Positions 7,848 through 17,630 of a stretch of DNA of 40,095 nucleotides are shown here, one piece after another; position 1 is the first letter of the stretch; each line of letters begins with the position of its first letter. The notes beneath the pieces are model-generated. The model ran no database searches. It was given only the letters and a program-made list of their open reading frames with translations, and was not told the origin of the DNA. Origin of the DNA: a virus. A program made the translations under genes and the position numbers. The stretch lies in IMG/VR virus record IMGVR_UViG_3300029868_000012; one strand, 5' to 3'.

Positions 7848-9460
7848 GCCTCTTTCTTGTCGTTTTGTTTTGCCAATGTTGCAATAATTGCTGCATCCGA
7901 TATCAATGGATTTGATGATTTAATCATGCCTACCGGAACCTTGTTAGCCAGGAACAATTGAGACAATTCACCTGCTTGACGCTCGCTCTTGGGGGTGAAC
8001 TTTAGGTATGCACTGATAACCTTTCTATTATTCTTGCCAGCTCTAACGATGGCGCTTGCCATACCTGCGTTACCTTGCGTCATTCTTTTAGCCAGGAATC
8101 CAGAAAGTTGACCAACTAAAGGGACTGCCGCAGCCGCCCCCGTACCACCAGCCGCACCAGCTATACCGATTCCACCCATTGTGGTTAAAGTCCTAGAAGT
8201 AACGCCATCTAAAATGCCAAACTTGCCTAAGAATCTAGCTATATTTCCTGCGTTGGTGCCGTTGCTTACCTTCTCAATAGCCCGCTTTTCTTCACCCGTG
8301 AAGCCTTTCAGCTTGCCTCGGTTTATCTTCTTAGATATCGCTCTAAATTGTGTTCTTAATCCGTTCTCCAATCCACTTGCTTGACTACCAGCATCAACCA
8401 CTGCCGCTTCTAACACTTCAGCTTTCTTTGCTCGCTGCCATAAGTCGCGAGCTGCGCGGTATGCCTTGCCAGCTTCTTTGCCGCCAAGTACCTCACCAGG
8501 AATATCATCTAAGAAATCATCAATCTTTTGAATTGCTATTGCACCCAATCTTCGCTCACTAGGGTCTAAGCTATCAGCTGCGCCTCTTGCCACTTTTCTC
8601 AGGGTATCCAGCTCGGTTAACGTTTTAGCGTTGCCCATTTCTCTGGTTAATCGATTACCTAAAGCTATTGCCTTTGGTGTCAAATCAACATCAGAACCCT
8701 CTTTTCGCAAGGTTACAACAATGTCATCAGCCAAATCATCGAATGACCTAGATGGGACGGTGATGCCTGAGTCGTCTAGTGATTTGTATATGCCTCTAGC
8801 GGTATCTTTAAGCTCGGTAATAGTAGGGGCTGCTTTCTTGAGTAAGCTGCTAGCTGCGCTCTTAGCTGCTTGTATAGGCACTACGATCGCCAATGGTGCA
8901 GCAATAGCCCCAATAGCAGATCCAACATCACCGCCTACTTTCTGGCCAACTTCAGCTCCTGCACCGGATACAGCCGAAAGACCAACATCAGCCGCCGCCG
9001 TACCCTGGGATAATTGTTGAGCTATACCGCTTTTTATACCTTGAGCAACAGGAACAGCCCTAGCCGCTGCTCTTGTAAATTGTCCAATGGCTGCACCTGG
9101 AGCAGCTAATTCTCCACCAGCTCTAATAATGTCTCTCGCTACGCCTTCTTCCAAGAATCCGCCAGCCGTTGCCAACTGGCCAAATTCAGACTCACTAGGT
9201 TTAGGTATCTGAGCATCAACACCGGCCAATTGTAATGCGGCGTTAGCAGGGTCAATAGTAAGACTTTCTGCCAAGGTTAAGCCGCCACGTAATACCGCTG
9301 CCGCACCTTCCGCAAATGGTGCAACTACGGGCGCTACGAATTGCTCGAATATACCAGGATCTTCGGTTGTCGCTTGTTCAGGCTCTACGTTTTTAGCCGT
9401 AGCGATATCAAAGCCGCCTGATTGCTGAACCGGTCTAGCTGTCGATGGATCAAAAGCCAT
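7826..9460 (-). CDS. Internal virion / ejection-type protein (position of P22 gp16)
   Basis: 544 aa, Ala/Gly-rich. Last of three large consecutive genes after the gp14-like gene. TAATG coupling. Confidence 0.4.
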   Translation of the reverse strand: MAFDPSTARPVQQSGGFDIATAKNVEPEQATTEDPGIFEQFVAPVVAPFAEGAAAVLRGGLTLAESLTIDPANAALQLAGVDAQIPKPSESEFGQLATAGGFLEEGVARDIIRAGGELAAPGAAIGQFTRAAARAVPVAQGIKSGIAQQLSQGTAAADVGLSAVSGAGAEVGQKVGGDVGSAIGAIAAPLAIVVPIQAAKSAASSLLKKAAPTITELKDTARGIYKSLDDSGITVPSRSFDDLADDIVVTLRKEGSDVDLTPKAIALGNRLTREMGNAKTLTELDTLRKVARGAADSLDPSERRLGAIAIQKIDDFLDDIPGEVLGGKEAGKAYRAARDLWQRAKKAEVLEAAVVDAGSQASGLENGLRTQFRAISKKINRGKLKGFTGEEKRAIEKVSNGTNAGNIARFLGKFGILDGVTSRTLTTMGGIGIAGAAGGTGAAAAVPLVGQLSGFLAKRMTQGNAGMASAIVRAGKNNRKVISAYLKFTPKSERQAGELSQLFLANKVPVGMIKSSNPLISDAAIIATLAKQNDKKEAQSSSAP

Positions 9461-10749
9461 TACTGAACCTCTTCAAAAGTACCGTCTGGAAATACCATTG
9501 CACGATTTCCATTAGCATCGACTTGCAGAACGCCGCCTTCTCTCTGTGCCGGTGCTTCATCAGCTACCTGTGCCTGTGGCGCTTCCACCCCAAAGCCCCT
9601 TGAAAATCTATCCTTCTCGCTAGCAAATGCAGTTTCCATACGTACAATAGACGATGAATTTTGCTCAAGTATCTGATCTAAGACTCTTACCATTTCTGGT
9701 ATGTCGCCGCTTTGATCAAGATTACCAAGTTTAGCGGCTAATAATTCTAGCTCTGATGCTGAAATTGCACCAAGCGTACCACCTGAAGCTTTTAAATCGA
9801 TCAGAGTACCGAAAGCACTGTTCGCCTTCATTGTAGTAATAAGACCCTTTAGCCTCTTAGCTTCGCTGCCAGGTATGCCAGATAGTGACGCACCATAAAC
9901 AGCATTAAGCCCGCTGATAAACGATTTAATCTCGTTCGCTGTGTCCGTCATTATGTCATTGGTTGCCTTAGCTGATCCAATGGCGCTAACAGTGCTAGAG
10001 ATGGTGTCATTAAACTTGGATTTAGACTTTTGAAAATCAAGCTTGGCCTGTTTGTCAGCAGCTAAATCAGATACTTTCGGATCAAGAGCGCCACCCGCTT
10101 TCGATGCTGCCTGCTTGCCCGCGAAAGCAATTTCCTCTTCACGTGCTGTCTTTAAAACTTTGACTCGATTTTTACCTGTGACTATATCCCCAGCAGGGTT
10201 GGTTACTTCCGAGCTTCCATCGGGTAGCTGCCTAATAATGGTGCCGTTATCGAATATTTCAGTTTTAGCAGATGCTAGGCCACCTCTCGCACTGCCACCT
10301 GTGGGCTGTAACAAATTACGGCTAATAGCAGCATCAACCAACTGTTTGCCTTTAATATTAGCCCTGTTGATTAATGTGGCATCGCCTGATTGGTAAGCCT
10401 GTATAGCTTCATCAGTTATGGCGGTATCTTTGCCTTCTGATACCAATCTTGCTCTACGAGTAGTCAACACATCAACAACGCCTTTAAAATCACCAGCATC
10501 AACTAACCCAGATATTTCTTGGAAGCCTGAAGCTAGAGAGGTTATTACTCTATCCTGCTCTGTTGCTGCTGCTGCTTTCTGGTTAGCCACCAATGCCTGC
10601 TGTCGCTGATCTACTTGCTGCTGTAACAGTTGGTTTTGTAGGGGTGCCTGTTGGAATTGCTGGCTTACCTGTAATCCTCTTTGAGCCGAGCCTAAAGGGT
10701 CAGCCACTTGAGCAAGTAATGGTATTTCTGCATTCAAATTAAATGACAT
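9460..10749 (-). CDS. Internal virion / ejection-type protein (position of P22 gp20)
   Basis: 429 aa with a Gln-rich N-terminus. Assigned by synteny only. Confidence 0.35.
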   Translation of the reverse strand: MSFNLNAEIPLLAQVADPLGSAQRGLQVSQQFQQAPLQNQLLQQQVDQRQQALVANQKAAAATEQDRVITSLASGFQEISGLVDAGDFKGVVDVLTTRRARLVSEGKDTAITDEAIQAYQSGDATLINRANIKGKQLVDAAISRNLLQPTGGSARGGLASAKTEIFDNGTIIRQLPDGSSEVTNPAGDIVTGKNRVKVLKTAREEEIAFAGKQAASKAGGALDPKVSDLAADKQAKLDFQKSKSKFNDTISSTVSAIGSAKATNDIMTDTANEIKSFISGLNAVYGASLSGIPGSEAKRLKGLITTMKANSAFGTLIDLKASGGTLGAISASELELLAAKLGNLDQSGDIPEMVRVLDQILEQNSSSIVRMETAFASEKDRFSRGFGVEAPQAQVADEAPAQREGGVLQVDANGNRAMVFPDGTFEEVQ

Positions 10750-11636
10750 TACATTAGCACCTTTAAAAAGCCAGTTGCAGGGTCGGTTATTACTAAGTCA
10801 GGTCTAGTCAATCGAAGCTCTTGTGCTATTGGGCCGGTTTCGTCTTGATCGCCTACAATCGCCTTGGCTTCCTCTGTCCAATCCCAAGTGTATATATTTA
10901 CACCAATACTAGGATGTACGTGTGAGAACTCTATATTCGTTTTCAGTCGCTGATCAGAAAACCCGCCTCCCCCGCCAGCAAGGCCCGAACCTATGCCAAT
11001 AATATTATTAATACCTTGAGCTTGCGCCTGCTGCTGTCCGATAACTCCAGCCGCTTGAGCATTTGCCACATTACCAAGGATGCCGCCGATATTGCCTGCC
11101 GTATTAAGTCCGGACACGCCAACCTGAGCCGCTGAACTTTGGCCGATATTTGCTGCATTGAATTGGTTTTGTATCTGGCCTTGAATATTGCCTATGTTCT
11201 GCTGGCTGAATTGATTGCCGAGTAACAGTAGGTTTCTGTTCAGTGCATCTTCAGTACCACCCGAGAACCCTTTGCCCCTGGAACCCTGAACGTTTAACAG
11301 TCGTTGCTCTTGCTGCTGCGCTAATGCTTGAAAGAATGGGTTGTTGAGAACGCCTGAAGTAGGATCGCTTATTGCCGCCTGCTGCTGCTCAAACAAGCCT
11401 GGAAGCTGGCCTATACCCTGATCTACGCCAAACTCTGCAAAAGGCTGAAGACCTTCCTCAAGTCTAAACTGTGCGGCCTCTGCAATATCACGAGCCTCAG
11501 CACCCGCCCCCGCTTGAAGTCTAGCCGCGTCCTTTGCTGCTTTTGCTGCACCTTGACCGGATACAGTTTCTACAACTCCGAACGGGTCGAGGCTCTCTAC
11601 TACGCCACCTAAACCTAAATCTTCTGCCGCACCCAT
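10749..11636 (-). CDS. Gln/Gly/Asn-rich fibrous protein with a C-terminal peptidase-S74-like intramolecular chaperone domain
   Basis: Start chosen at ATG 11636 (GAGGA 7 nt upstream). C-terminus GGGGGFSDQRLKTNIEF...IYTWDWTEEA...GPIAQEL....P.LV matches the SD.R.K.NI endosialidase-chaperone signature. Confidence 0.55.
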   Translation of the reverse strand: MGAAEDLGLGGVVESLDPFGVVETVSGQGAAKAAKDAARLQAGAGAEARDIAEAAQFRLEEGLQPFAEFGVDQGIGQLPGLFEQQQAAISDPTSGVLNNPFFQALAQQQEQRLLNVQGSRGKGFSGGTEDALNRNLLLLGNQFSQQNIGNIQGQIQNQFNAANIGQSSAAQVGVSGLNTAGNIGGILGNVANAQAAGVIGQQQAQAQGINNIIGIGSGLAGGGGGFSDQRLKTNIEFSHVHPSIGVNIYTWDWTEEAKAIVGDQDETGPIAQELRLTRPDLVITDPATGFLKVLM

Positions 11637-11638
11637 AT

Positions 11639-12085
11639 CTAATTCCTCGTTATGGCCATCAACCATTTACTGTACATTGTATCATCTTTTTCATAAGCGT
11701 TTTTTAGGGTGTCGATCAGCTCGAAGCCCTGTAATTCTGCGTACTGCCTGACGTTTGGGTATAGTGAAGGGATAGAAGCTACCAATGTATTATAGTAAGT
11801 ATTATCCCAAAGCCACTGCATCCCCTTGTCGCCAAATTCTTTGCTATGCTGCTCTCTATATTCCGGAATGATCTGTACATGTACTTGGTGATAACCGTTT
11901 GGCGTGTCATGAACCAGCACAATACCTGTCACCTCGTCATCAACCGCACCCGTCACATATAACCAAGAGTCATCAGGCTTATATTCTTCTTTTTTTAGCC
12001 TGTGGCCCCCGATCATTTCCCATATACCGTCAGTGGTTAGTATTCGTTTTACCAAATCCATGTCCGTGGTACGTTCAAATATCAA
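11639..12085 (-). CDS. Hypothetical protein; possible GNAT-like fold, in the position of P22 gp14
   Basis: 148 aa. Lies directly before the three ejection-type genes. The fold guess comes from sequence pattern only. Confidence 0.3.
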   Translation of the reverse strand: MIFERTTDMDLVKRILTTDGIWEMIGGHRLKKEEYKPDDSWLYVTGAVDDEVTGIVLVHDTPNGYHQVHVQIIPEYREQHSKEFGDKGMQWLWDNTYYNTLVASIPSLYPNVRQYAELQGFELIDTLKNAYEKDDTMYSKWLMAITRN

Positions 12086-12420
12086 GTAATATCCGCGCCG
12101 CTACAGTTTGCATTCACATCGGTACCGACGTCCTGCTTTGCCTGCACCTTCATTCCGGTTTCAAGAATCTCGCCTTGTATCTCGATAACATTCCAAGTTT
12201 TCCCTGGCGGTATCGCTTTAACGACAAGAGTATTGCCAGTATCAGCCGCTCCGCTAGACTCAACAACGTGAACAGTCACAGTCCTGTTAACTGTTCCTGA
12301 GTTATAGAATGATAGCTTTCTAACCACTACCATCGTGTTTGTTGTGACAGTGCCGACAATATCAGCGACAGTGCTTGATAATTGCAAGTTACTTGCATAA
12401 TTCTGGGGTGCTCTGGCCAT
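12082..12420 (-). CDS. Small beta-rich virion-associated protein
   Basis: 112 aa, Thr/Val/Gly-rich. ATGA/TAATG coupling within the structural operon. Confidence 0.4.
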   Translation of the reverse strand: MARAPQNYASNLQLSSTVADIVGTVTTNTMVVVRKLSFYNSGTVNRTVTVHVVESSGAADTGNTLVVKAIPPGKTWNVIEIQGEILETGMKVQAKQDVGTDVNANCSGADIT

Positions 12421-12962
12421 TACTCAAACCCTCCAATAATATTAATAGACACGTTCGCTATTGCATCGGTTGTAATTGTTATTGCGTCACCATCACCAAG
12501 TATTAGCGATCCATCAAAATCATAACTTTGTCTCGTTCCTGCTGGCACTTCTATGTCTATTATATCACCATCCCCAGTAAGACCAGTAACCCCCGAATTA
12601 AGCGCCGTGACACTTATCGTTTTACCGTTGTTTTTATTCCAGTTAATGCCGGTTACTGTCGTTCCTGTTGGCGTGCCAGTTACCCATTTAACGTCGAAGT
12701 CACACTTTGCATCTGAAAAGCAAAATATCTCTTCAATGTACAAATCTTCGTCTGAGTTATCGTTTCGCAAATAAAATATATTAGTCCCATTAGCGGACGT
12801 CATCCTAGATTTCCAGCTATACAAATTACTTTTGTCGCGGGATATGTAGAACTTTCTAGATGCTGATCTGGCGGATACATTGCGCCTATTGTCAGACCCT
12901 CCATCAAAAGAGATATCACCGGTTTTCTCGTCTATAAAACTCTGGACGCCGCCATCTTTCAT
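12420..12962 (-). CDS. Beta-rich virion-associated protein
   Basis: 180-aa coupled ORF in the structural operon. Confidence 0.4.
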   Translation of the reverse strand: MKDGGVQSFIDEKTGDISFDGGSDNRRNVSARSASRKFYISRDKSNLYSWKSRMTSANGTNIFYLRNDNSDEDLYIEEIFCFSDAKCDFDVKWVTGTPTGTTVTGINWNKNNGKTISVTALNSGVTGLTGDGDIIDIEVPAGTRQSYDFDGSLILGDGDAITITTDAIANVSINIIGGFE

Positions 12963-13282
12963 ATGTATTGCACGAAAACATCTCTCGCGCCTCCGCTGTT
13001 GTAAATGCCAGAATATTCATTTATTCCCATGTTAGGCAATTCCAAAGTAAGCTGCTGACCAGGTATAAGTCGTTCGCCTCTTTTTAAATTATCCTGAGAT
13101 GCAGGGTAGTTTCTTATCCACAAAGTTTGATTGCCGCTGTTGTAGATAGTAGCTCTAATAAACGGGGTGGTATCAGTTCTTTCAGGTAATAAAGTCACTG
13201 CCGTGGAAGCGTCAACGCTTATAGCCGAAGGCGTTGTAACAACATCGCTTGTATTTGTATTTGTGCCTATTTGTGCAACCAT
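12959..13282 (-). CDS. Small beta-rich virion-associated protein
   Basis: 107-aa coupled ORF. Confidence 0.4.
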   Translation of the reverse strand: MVAQIGTNTNTSDVVTTPSAISVDASTAVTLLPERTDTTPFIRATIYNSGNQTLWIRNYPASQDNLKRGERLIPGQQLTLELPNMGINEYSGIYNSGGARDVFVQYI

Positions 13283-14014
13283 TTAATTATCCACCAATAA
13301 TAGCTCTGATATGACCGTCACTTCACCCACTCCAGAATCTAGCAGGCTTATAGACCTAAAGTCTGTTTTCTCTGCTATCGGAAACTTTGCCATTATCGGG
13401 AATGTCAGCATGTTTTGGTATACAGGCAAGTCACCTGTTGAGAACCAGGCCGCGTTGGAGTTGGCGCTATCCCTGAACCTAGCTCTAACCGTTCCGCTTA
13501 AATTCTTAGGCATCAATATGAAATTCTGCAAAAATAGGACAGTTTTGCCTGCTGGTACGGTAAAGCTCCCGTCGAAAGCTCTCCCCTGAGTTGCGCCAAT
13601 TACACTTCTTTGATTTCCACCGCCAGATGCTTGAATGCTCAGCTCTCCAACATTCCACGTAGCACTTCCCGAGTCTATAACCTGGGCCCCAACAGGTCTG
13701 AAATGGGTATTCACAAGAGTTACGGCGGTAGTCCCGTTAAGTGTTACTGTCTCCGTCTGCTGCACATAACTTGCATCAAGTGACGTGATTAGAACAGTTC
13801 TTGCGCCAGTACCCGCCGATGTATCGGCAGCGTTATCACTGACTATTTCCCATGTTTCCCCAGTGGTTGGGTATATTAGGTCGCCAGATCCACCCCATAC
13901 ATCCCTCAACGCTGTTGACGCCGCACCCCTGGCTATGCAACTGAACAAACTATTCCCAGGGACATTGCCTTTTGCTACTTCAATTAAGAAGTCTGTAGTT
14001 CTAATGGCTGTCAT
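13283..14014 (-). CDS. Beta-rich virion-associated protein
   Basis: ATG 14014 overlaps the upstream TGA (ATGA), with a GGGG RBS. The tracked start at 14026 is GTG. Confidence 0.45.
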   Translation of the reverse strand: MTAIRTTDFLIEVAKGNVPGNSLFSCIARGAASTALRDVWGGSGDLIYPTTGETWEIVSDNAADTSAGTGARTVLITSLDASYVQQTETVTLNGTTAVTLVNTHFRPVGAQVIDSGSATWNVGELSIQASGGGNQRSVIGATQGRAFDGSFTVPAGKTVLFLQNFILMPKNLSGTVRARFRDSANSNAAWFSTGDLPVYQNMLTFPIMAKFPIAEKTDFRSISLLDSGVGEVTVISELLLVDN

Positions 14015-14592
14015 GATGCACCCCACTCGCCTTGAGCAATGGTGTAAATTAAGTGTATTCCATCACCAGTAGAGCCTATATTCTCAGTTGTGATTCCATC
14101 GATAGTACCAATAAAATTAACAGCGCCAGAAGCATTTCTTTTTATGTGCAATTCTTCAGCATCATCAGGGGCAGGGTTTAACGTCAAGTCTAATGCTCCA
14201 GTATTGTTACATGTGATTATCTGCTTACCAGTAGCTGTAAACGCAGTGACGCCAGCAGATATATTAATAGTCTCAAATCCATCAGTGGTTAACTGTGACG
14301 AATCGCTTGCCGCCTCTAATTCCTCAACCCTTTCTATCAAGTCAATCATTTGAGCGGCCATTTCCTGGGCAACTTCTAAATCTTCAGCTAATTCATCGAC
14401 ACTAGACGTCTGTATACCTGGCTCGTATAGCTCGCCTATTTGTGACTCAGCAACTGCATCGTCACCGCCGCCAGTTCTAAGCCAAATATCATGCTTCCAT
14501 CGGTTATCGTATTCAAACCACGCCCTAACCTCTGGATCTTTTAGGAATTCCGGCGGTATCGGATATAGAAACGGGTCTACTTTAACTACCAT
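14011..14592 (-). CDS. Tail-associated protein (position of P22 gp26); acidic helical segment followed by a beta domain
   Basis: 193 aa, downstream of the gp10-like gene. No clear needle-type heptad region. Confidence 0.3.
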   Translation of the reverse strand: MVVKVDPFLYPIPPEFLKDPEVRAWFEYDNRWKHDIWLRTGGGDDAVAESQIGELYEPGIQTSSVDELAEDLEVAQEMAAQMIDLIERVEELEAASDSSQLTTDGFETINISAGVTAFTATGKQIITCNNTGALDLTLNPAPDDAEELHIKRNASGAVNFIGTIDGITTENIGSTGDGIHLIYTIAQGEWGAS

Positions 14593-15986
14593 TAGAAACC
14601 AGCCTCGCGTAATTCAATCGACGCACCATGTATAGATATGAAAACAGGATCACTAACACGCATCTTTATAATAATTTCATAAGCTGAAGCCATGTAATAA
14701 ATAGTAACTTTCTCGCGTGCCTCGCCTTGCCTGCCTAATTCTACGCTACCCATTGGAGCAAACGACTTGCCGCCATCTAATGAGATCGAGAACATAGCCT
14801 GTGGAACTTCACCTTGACCAGTAACAAGACCTACGCCGGTTTCCATGATAGCCGTGAATGATGACATTTCTATCCTGCCACCAGTAGGGCTAACAATAGG
14901 GGGGCTTACACGCTCCTTTATCATCACCTGGCCGTTATCGGTAAAGGTATTGTTGTCTAGCTCTAAAACGTTACCACCGTCAGCTATGAGCTTCTTGCCG
15001 TATGCTTCAGCGTATGATGTACCTATATATTGCTTTTCATCTGCGCCGGTAGATAGTTGAAACCATGCGTTACCAGTTTCATTGAATGCCCACGTCTTAC
15101 CCTCAGTAGGGAATGAAATAATATAGAAGTACATGCCCTCGATATTAGCAACGCCCGCCCGCGCATCATCTGATACTGCATAGCTTTGAAACTCTGCCGC
15201 TATTGCTGGTGGCGTTACTGGTTGGGGTTGAGTACCTGAGAACCTATAAACTGTTCTATCAGTGCCTAGGAAGTATACAAAGTCTGTGCTATTGGCTACA
15301 GAGTAAACAGCAGCTAGACCTATTTGCATAGTTCCGCCCTGCACTCTATCAACAGGCGGGTTACCAGTGCCAGAATTCCACCAAGTCTCAACGGTGCTTA
15401 CATCACCGAATGGAAATATGCGCTCATTGAATGCATACACTCGGATAGTGTCATCAGGTGCGCTTTCAGCAGTGGCAAAGTTATTCGGAGCAATCGAACC
15501 AGGAACACCGAAGTCTGAAACCTGGAATTGCCCACCGTCAGAGTCATTGATCATCAGGTTATTAAGGAAAGTAACAGAGTTACCAGGCTTCAAATCTGGG
15601 TCTGTTAGCTCGGTCAATACGTCAGCAGTCACTAAGTAATCTTGGCTACCTGTGGCAATCCGCATAGTAGTGCCGTTATCAGCGAATATGCAGGGGTTAG
15701 TACCTTGGATGGTGCCTAAGCTTGTTTGATTGCCTAGCGAATCAATCTTGAATAGGGTGTTATTTGTAACCTTGTACAATTCTTTAGCGAAAACATGCAT
15801 TCCACGATCAATACCACCAGCAGTAGAGAACGATTTAGAACCTGGCCAGCTGGTCATTGCCGCCTCAGTCTTACCAGTAGGCACAAACTCAGGAATCATA
15901 TTCATTGTCACCTGGCTAGATAACGACCTAGACCTATGAGCGTATGATTGCCCTACGAAATTTACCGGTACGGTTTGGAACGTCAA
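14592..15986 (-). CDS. P22 gp10-like tail hub / packaged-DNA stabilisation protein
   Basis: 464 aa versus 472 aa for P22 gp10. N-terminus ...NMIPEFVPTG....SWPG......G.DRG......LYKV....LFKI and C-terminus ...SIHGASIELRE recall P22 gp10 (..LPVNMLATPKE...SFPG...VSRG..., ..LSGCQIRLE). Confidence 0.55.
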   Translation of the reverse strand: MTFQTVPVNFVGQSYAHRSRSLSSQVTMNMIPEFVPTGKTEAAMTSWPGSKSFSTAGGIDRGMHVFAKELYKVTNNTLFKIDSLGNQTSLGTIQGTNPCIFADNGTTMRIATGSQDYLVTADVLTELTDPDLKPGNSVTFLNNLMINDSDGGQFQVSDFGVPGSIAPNNFATAESAPDDTIRVYAFNERIFPFGDVSTVETWWNSGTGNPPVDRVQGGTMQIGLAAVYSVANSTDFVYFLGTDRTVYRFSGTQPQPVTPPAIAAEFQSYAVSDDARAGVANIEGMYFYIISFPTEGKTWAFNETGNAWFQLSTGADEKQYIGTSYAEAYGKKLIADGGNVLELDNNTFTDNGQVMIKERVSPPIVSPTGGRIEMSSFTAIMETGVGLVTGQGEVPQAMFSISLDGGKSFAPMGSVELGRQGEAREKVTIYYMASAYEIIIKMRVSDPVFISIHGASIELREAGF

Positions 15987-16606
15987 GGGGTGGCACCTTC
16001 TATGCGCATCTTAGGAGCCGGACCATAGCGACCTTGCTTGTATCGCTTATTAATGCCTTGGATAATCCCGAAGAACTTCCGCTGATAATTGGCCTCGTTC
16101 TCGGTATCGTTCGCCCATCCAAATAATGCAGTCAATGCACCGTATAAATAGGCAGAAGGATGGTTGGTTAGAACTATATTAGTAGGATTAGCCGCGCTCA
16201 ATGGAGTGGGTATGGCTGAATACTGCATGTCTACCGTATAAGTAGAATCAGGCACTCGGTCAAACTCTAATTGTGAGGTAACAGTAAAGAATCTAGGTTG
16301 ACCGCTCGCGCTTTGGATGGCCATTTGATCTGGAGCCATGTATTGAACGTCACAACTACCACCGCCGATATTAAGCTTAAGCCTACGCATAGTTATAAAG
16401 CCATCAGGAAGGGCTAAGAACCTGGTAGGGCCTGTAGTCGCTTCCGCTCTAGTCTCCATCTGCCGTAACTGCAAAGGGAAATCAGGATTGGCATACATAG
16501 CCTCTTCAGCTAGCACAATGAAATCATCTATCCTATTAGAGATATCACCGCGATGTGAGAAGTCTATAATCTGAGTCTTTAAATTAGCAAACGTATCTAA
16601 AGCCAT
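15983..16606 (-). CDS. Head-to-tail adaptor candidate (position of P22 gp4)
   Basis: 207 aa, immediately upstream of the gp10-like gene. Assigned by position only. Confidence 0.35.
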   Translation of the reverse strand: MALDTFANLKTQIIDFSHRGDISNRIDDFIVLAEEAMYANPDFPLQLRQMETRAEATTGPTRFLALPDGFITMRRLKLNIGGGSCDVQYMAPDQMAIQSASGQPRFFTVTSQLEFDRVPDSTYTVDMQYSAIPTPLSAANPTNIVLTNHPSAYLYGALTALFGWANDTENEANYQRKFFGIIQGINKRYKQGRYGPAPKMRIEGATP

Positions 16607-16616
16607 TGTTAATTAC

Positions 16617-16904
16617 TCAATCAATAGGGGTTACTGTGATTCGCTGCGCTGCCGTTAGTTGTAAGTGTGCAATATGGGATAGTCCCAACACATCAAGCGC
16701 TAGTGGTTCGTCATGTGAAACGATAATGCTTGAGGTTGTAGCAGTTGCGCCACTTAATCCAGGCAATACATAAGTAGCACCTTCAACAGTGATTAGAACC
16801 TTTTCAGCTTTAACGCCTGAAGCATCAACCGGTATTGCTATAGTTGCACTAGAACCGCCAGTGGTAGCACCTGACCCTTCGCCTGTTATCTTCATCATCT
16901 TCAT
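16617..16904 (-). CDS. Hypothetical structural-module protein
   Basis: 95-aa ORF in the operon. Confidence 0.4.
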   Translation of the reverse strand: MKMMKITGEGSGATTGGSSATIAIPVDASGVKAEKVLITVEGATYVLPGLSGATATTSSIIVSHDEPLALDVLGLSHIAHLQLTAAQRITVTPID

Positions 16905-17227
16905 TAGAAATTTCCTGTTCTGGTTCTTAACTTCGAATAAGCTGGATCATTAAGCCTGCGCATTAACCAACCGCGATTAGATAGGTGCAATGGATCACTG
17001 CCAATCTCTTTGCGCCATTGATCGATTAAGACTAGGGGAATAGATGCGATCTTTTGCAAGCCATCCCCCATTTTAGAGAGTGAAGTCTGAGAATCCCGCT
17101 CGGCTTTATTGGCTTCAAGGTAAGGGTCCACATCCTGAATCTGCTTGATAGTCGTAGTATCAGACATTTCGTCATAATGTAGCGTGCTTACAATATCGCC
17201 ATTAACGTCGAACAAGAACTTAGACAT
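16904..17227 (-). CDS. Hypothetical structural-module protein
   Basis: 107 aa with TAATG coupling. Confidence 0.4.
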   Translation of the reverse strand: MSKFLFDVNGDIVSTLHYDEMSDTTTIKQIQDVDPYLEANKAERDSQTSLSKMGDGLQKIASIPLVLIDQWRKEIGSDPLHLSNRGWLMRRLNDPAYSKLRTRTGNF

Positions 17228-17231
17228 TCAT

Positions 17232-17591
17232 TTACCTCTTAATTACGATAGTTACCGCAAGTTTACGAGTGCCAGTTGAGGCCCCGTTAGTTTCTATTTC
17301 GATAGCATCACCAGCCGCAACAGTGCGTAAGCCAGTAGGCCGTGAAACATCAGTAGTGCCAGCAGCCGAACCAGAGAAAGCAATAGTAATTGCTCCATTG
17401 GTCATAGCTGTGCCGCCGATCTTAGGGGTTATGATCGCATCAACCGAAGTTATTGCACCATCGATAGCAGTACGAATCTCTACCACTTCACCGGCTGTTT
17501 CGTCGGTAATAGGGATATAGACCTGATCCGCGCTTGATACATCGGCAATCTGAACTGTCAGAAAGACGTTGTTTAGATTAAAAGTACTCAT
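17232..17591 (-). CDS. Beta-rich head protein candidate (decoration/cement-like)
   Basis: 119 aa, directly after the major capsid gene. GGAGGA RBS. Confidence 0.35.
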   Translation of the reverse strand: MSTFNLNNVFLTVQIADVSSADQVYIPITDETAGEVVEIRTAIDGAITSVDAIITPKIGGTAMTNGAITIAFSGSAAGTTDVSRPTGLRTVAAGDAIEIETNGASTGTRKLAVTIVIKR

Positions 17592-17603
17592 TTCGTATCC
17601 TCC

Positions 17604-17623
17604 AAAGAAGGGGCCGAAGCCCC
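17604..17623 (-). terminator. Intrinsic terminator/attenuator hairpin after the major capsid gene
   Basis: Minus strand reads GGGGC-TTCG-GCCCC followed by TTCTTTGG. Lies between the capsid gene stop (17631) and the next RBS. Confidence 0.55.
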
Positions 17624-17630
17624 CGCCAGA

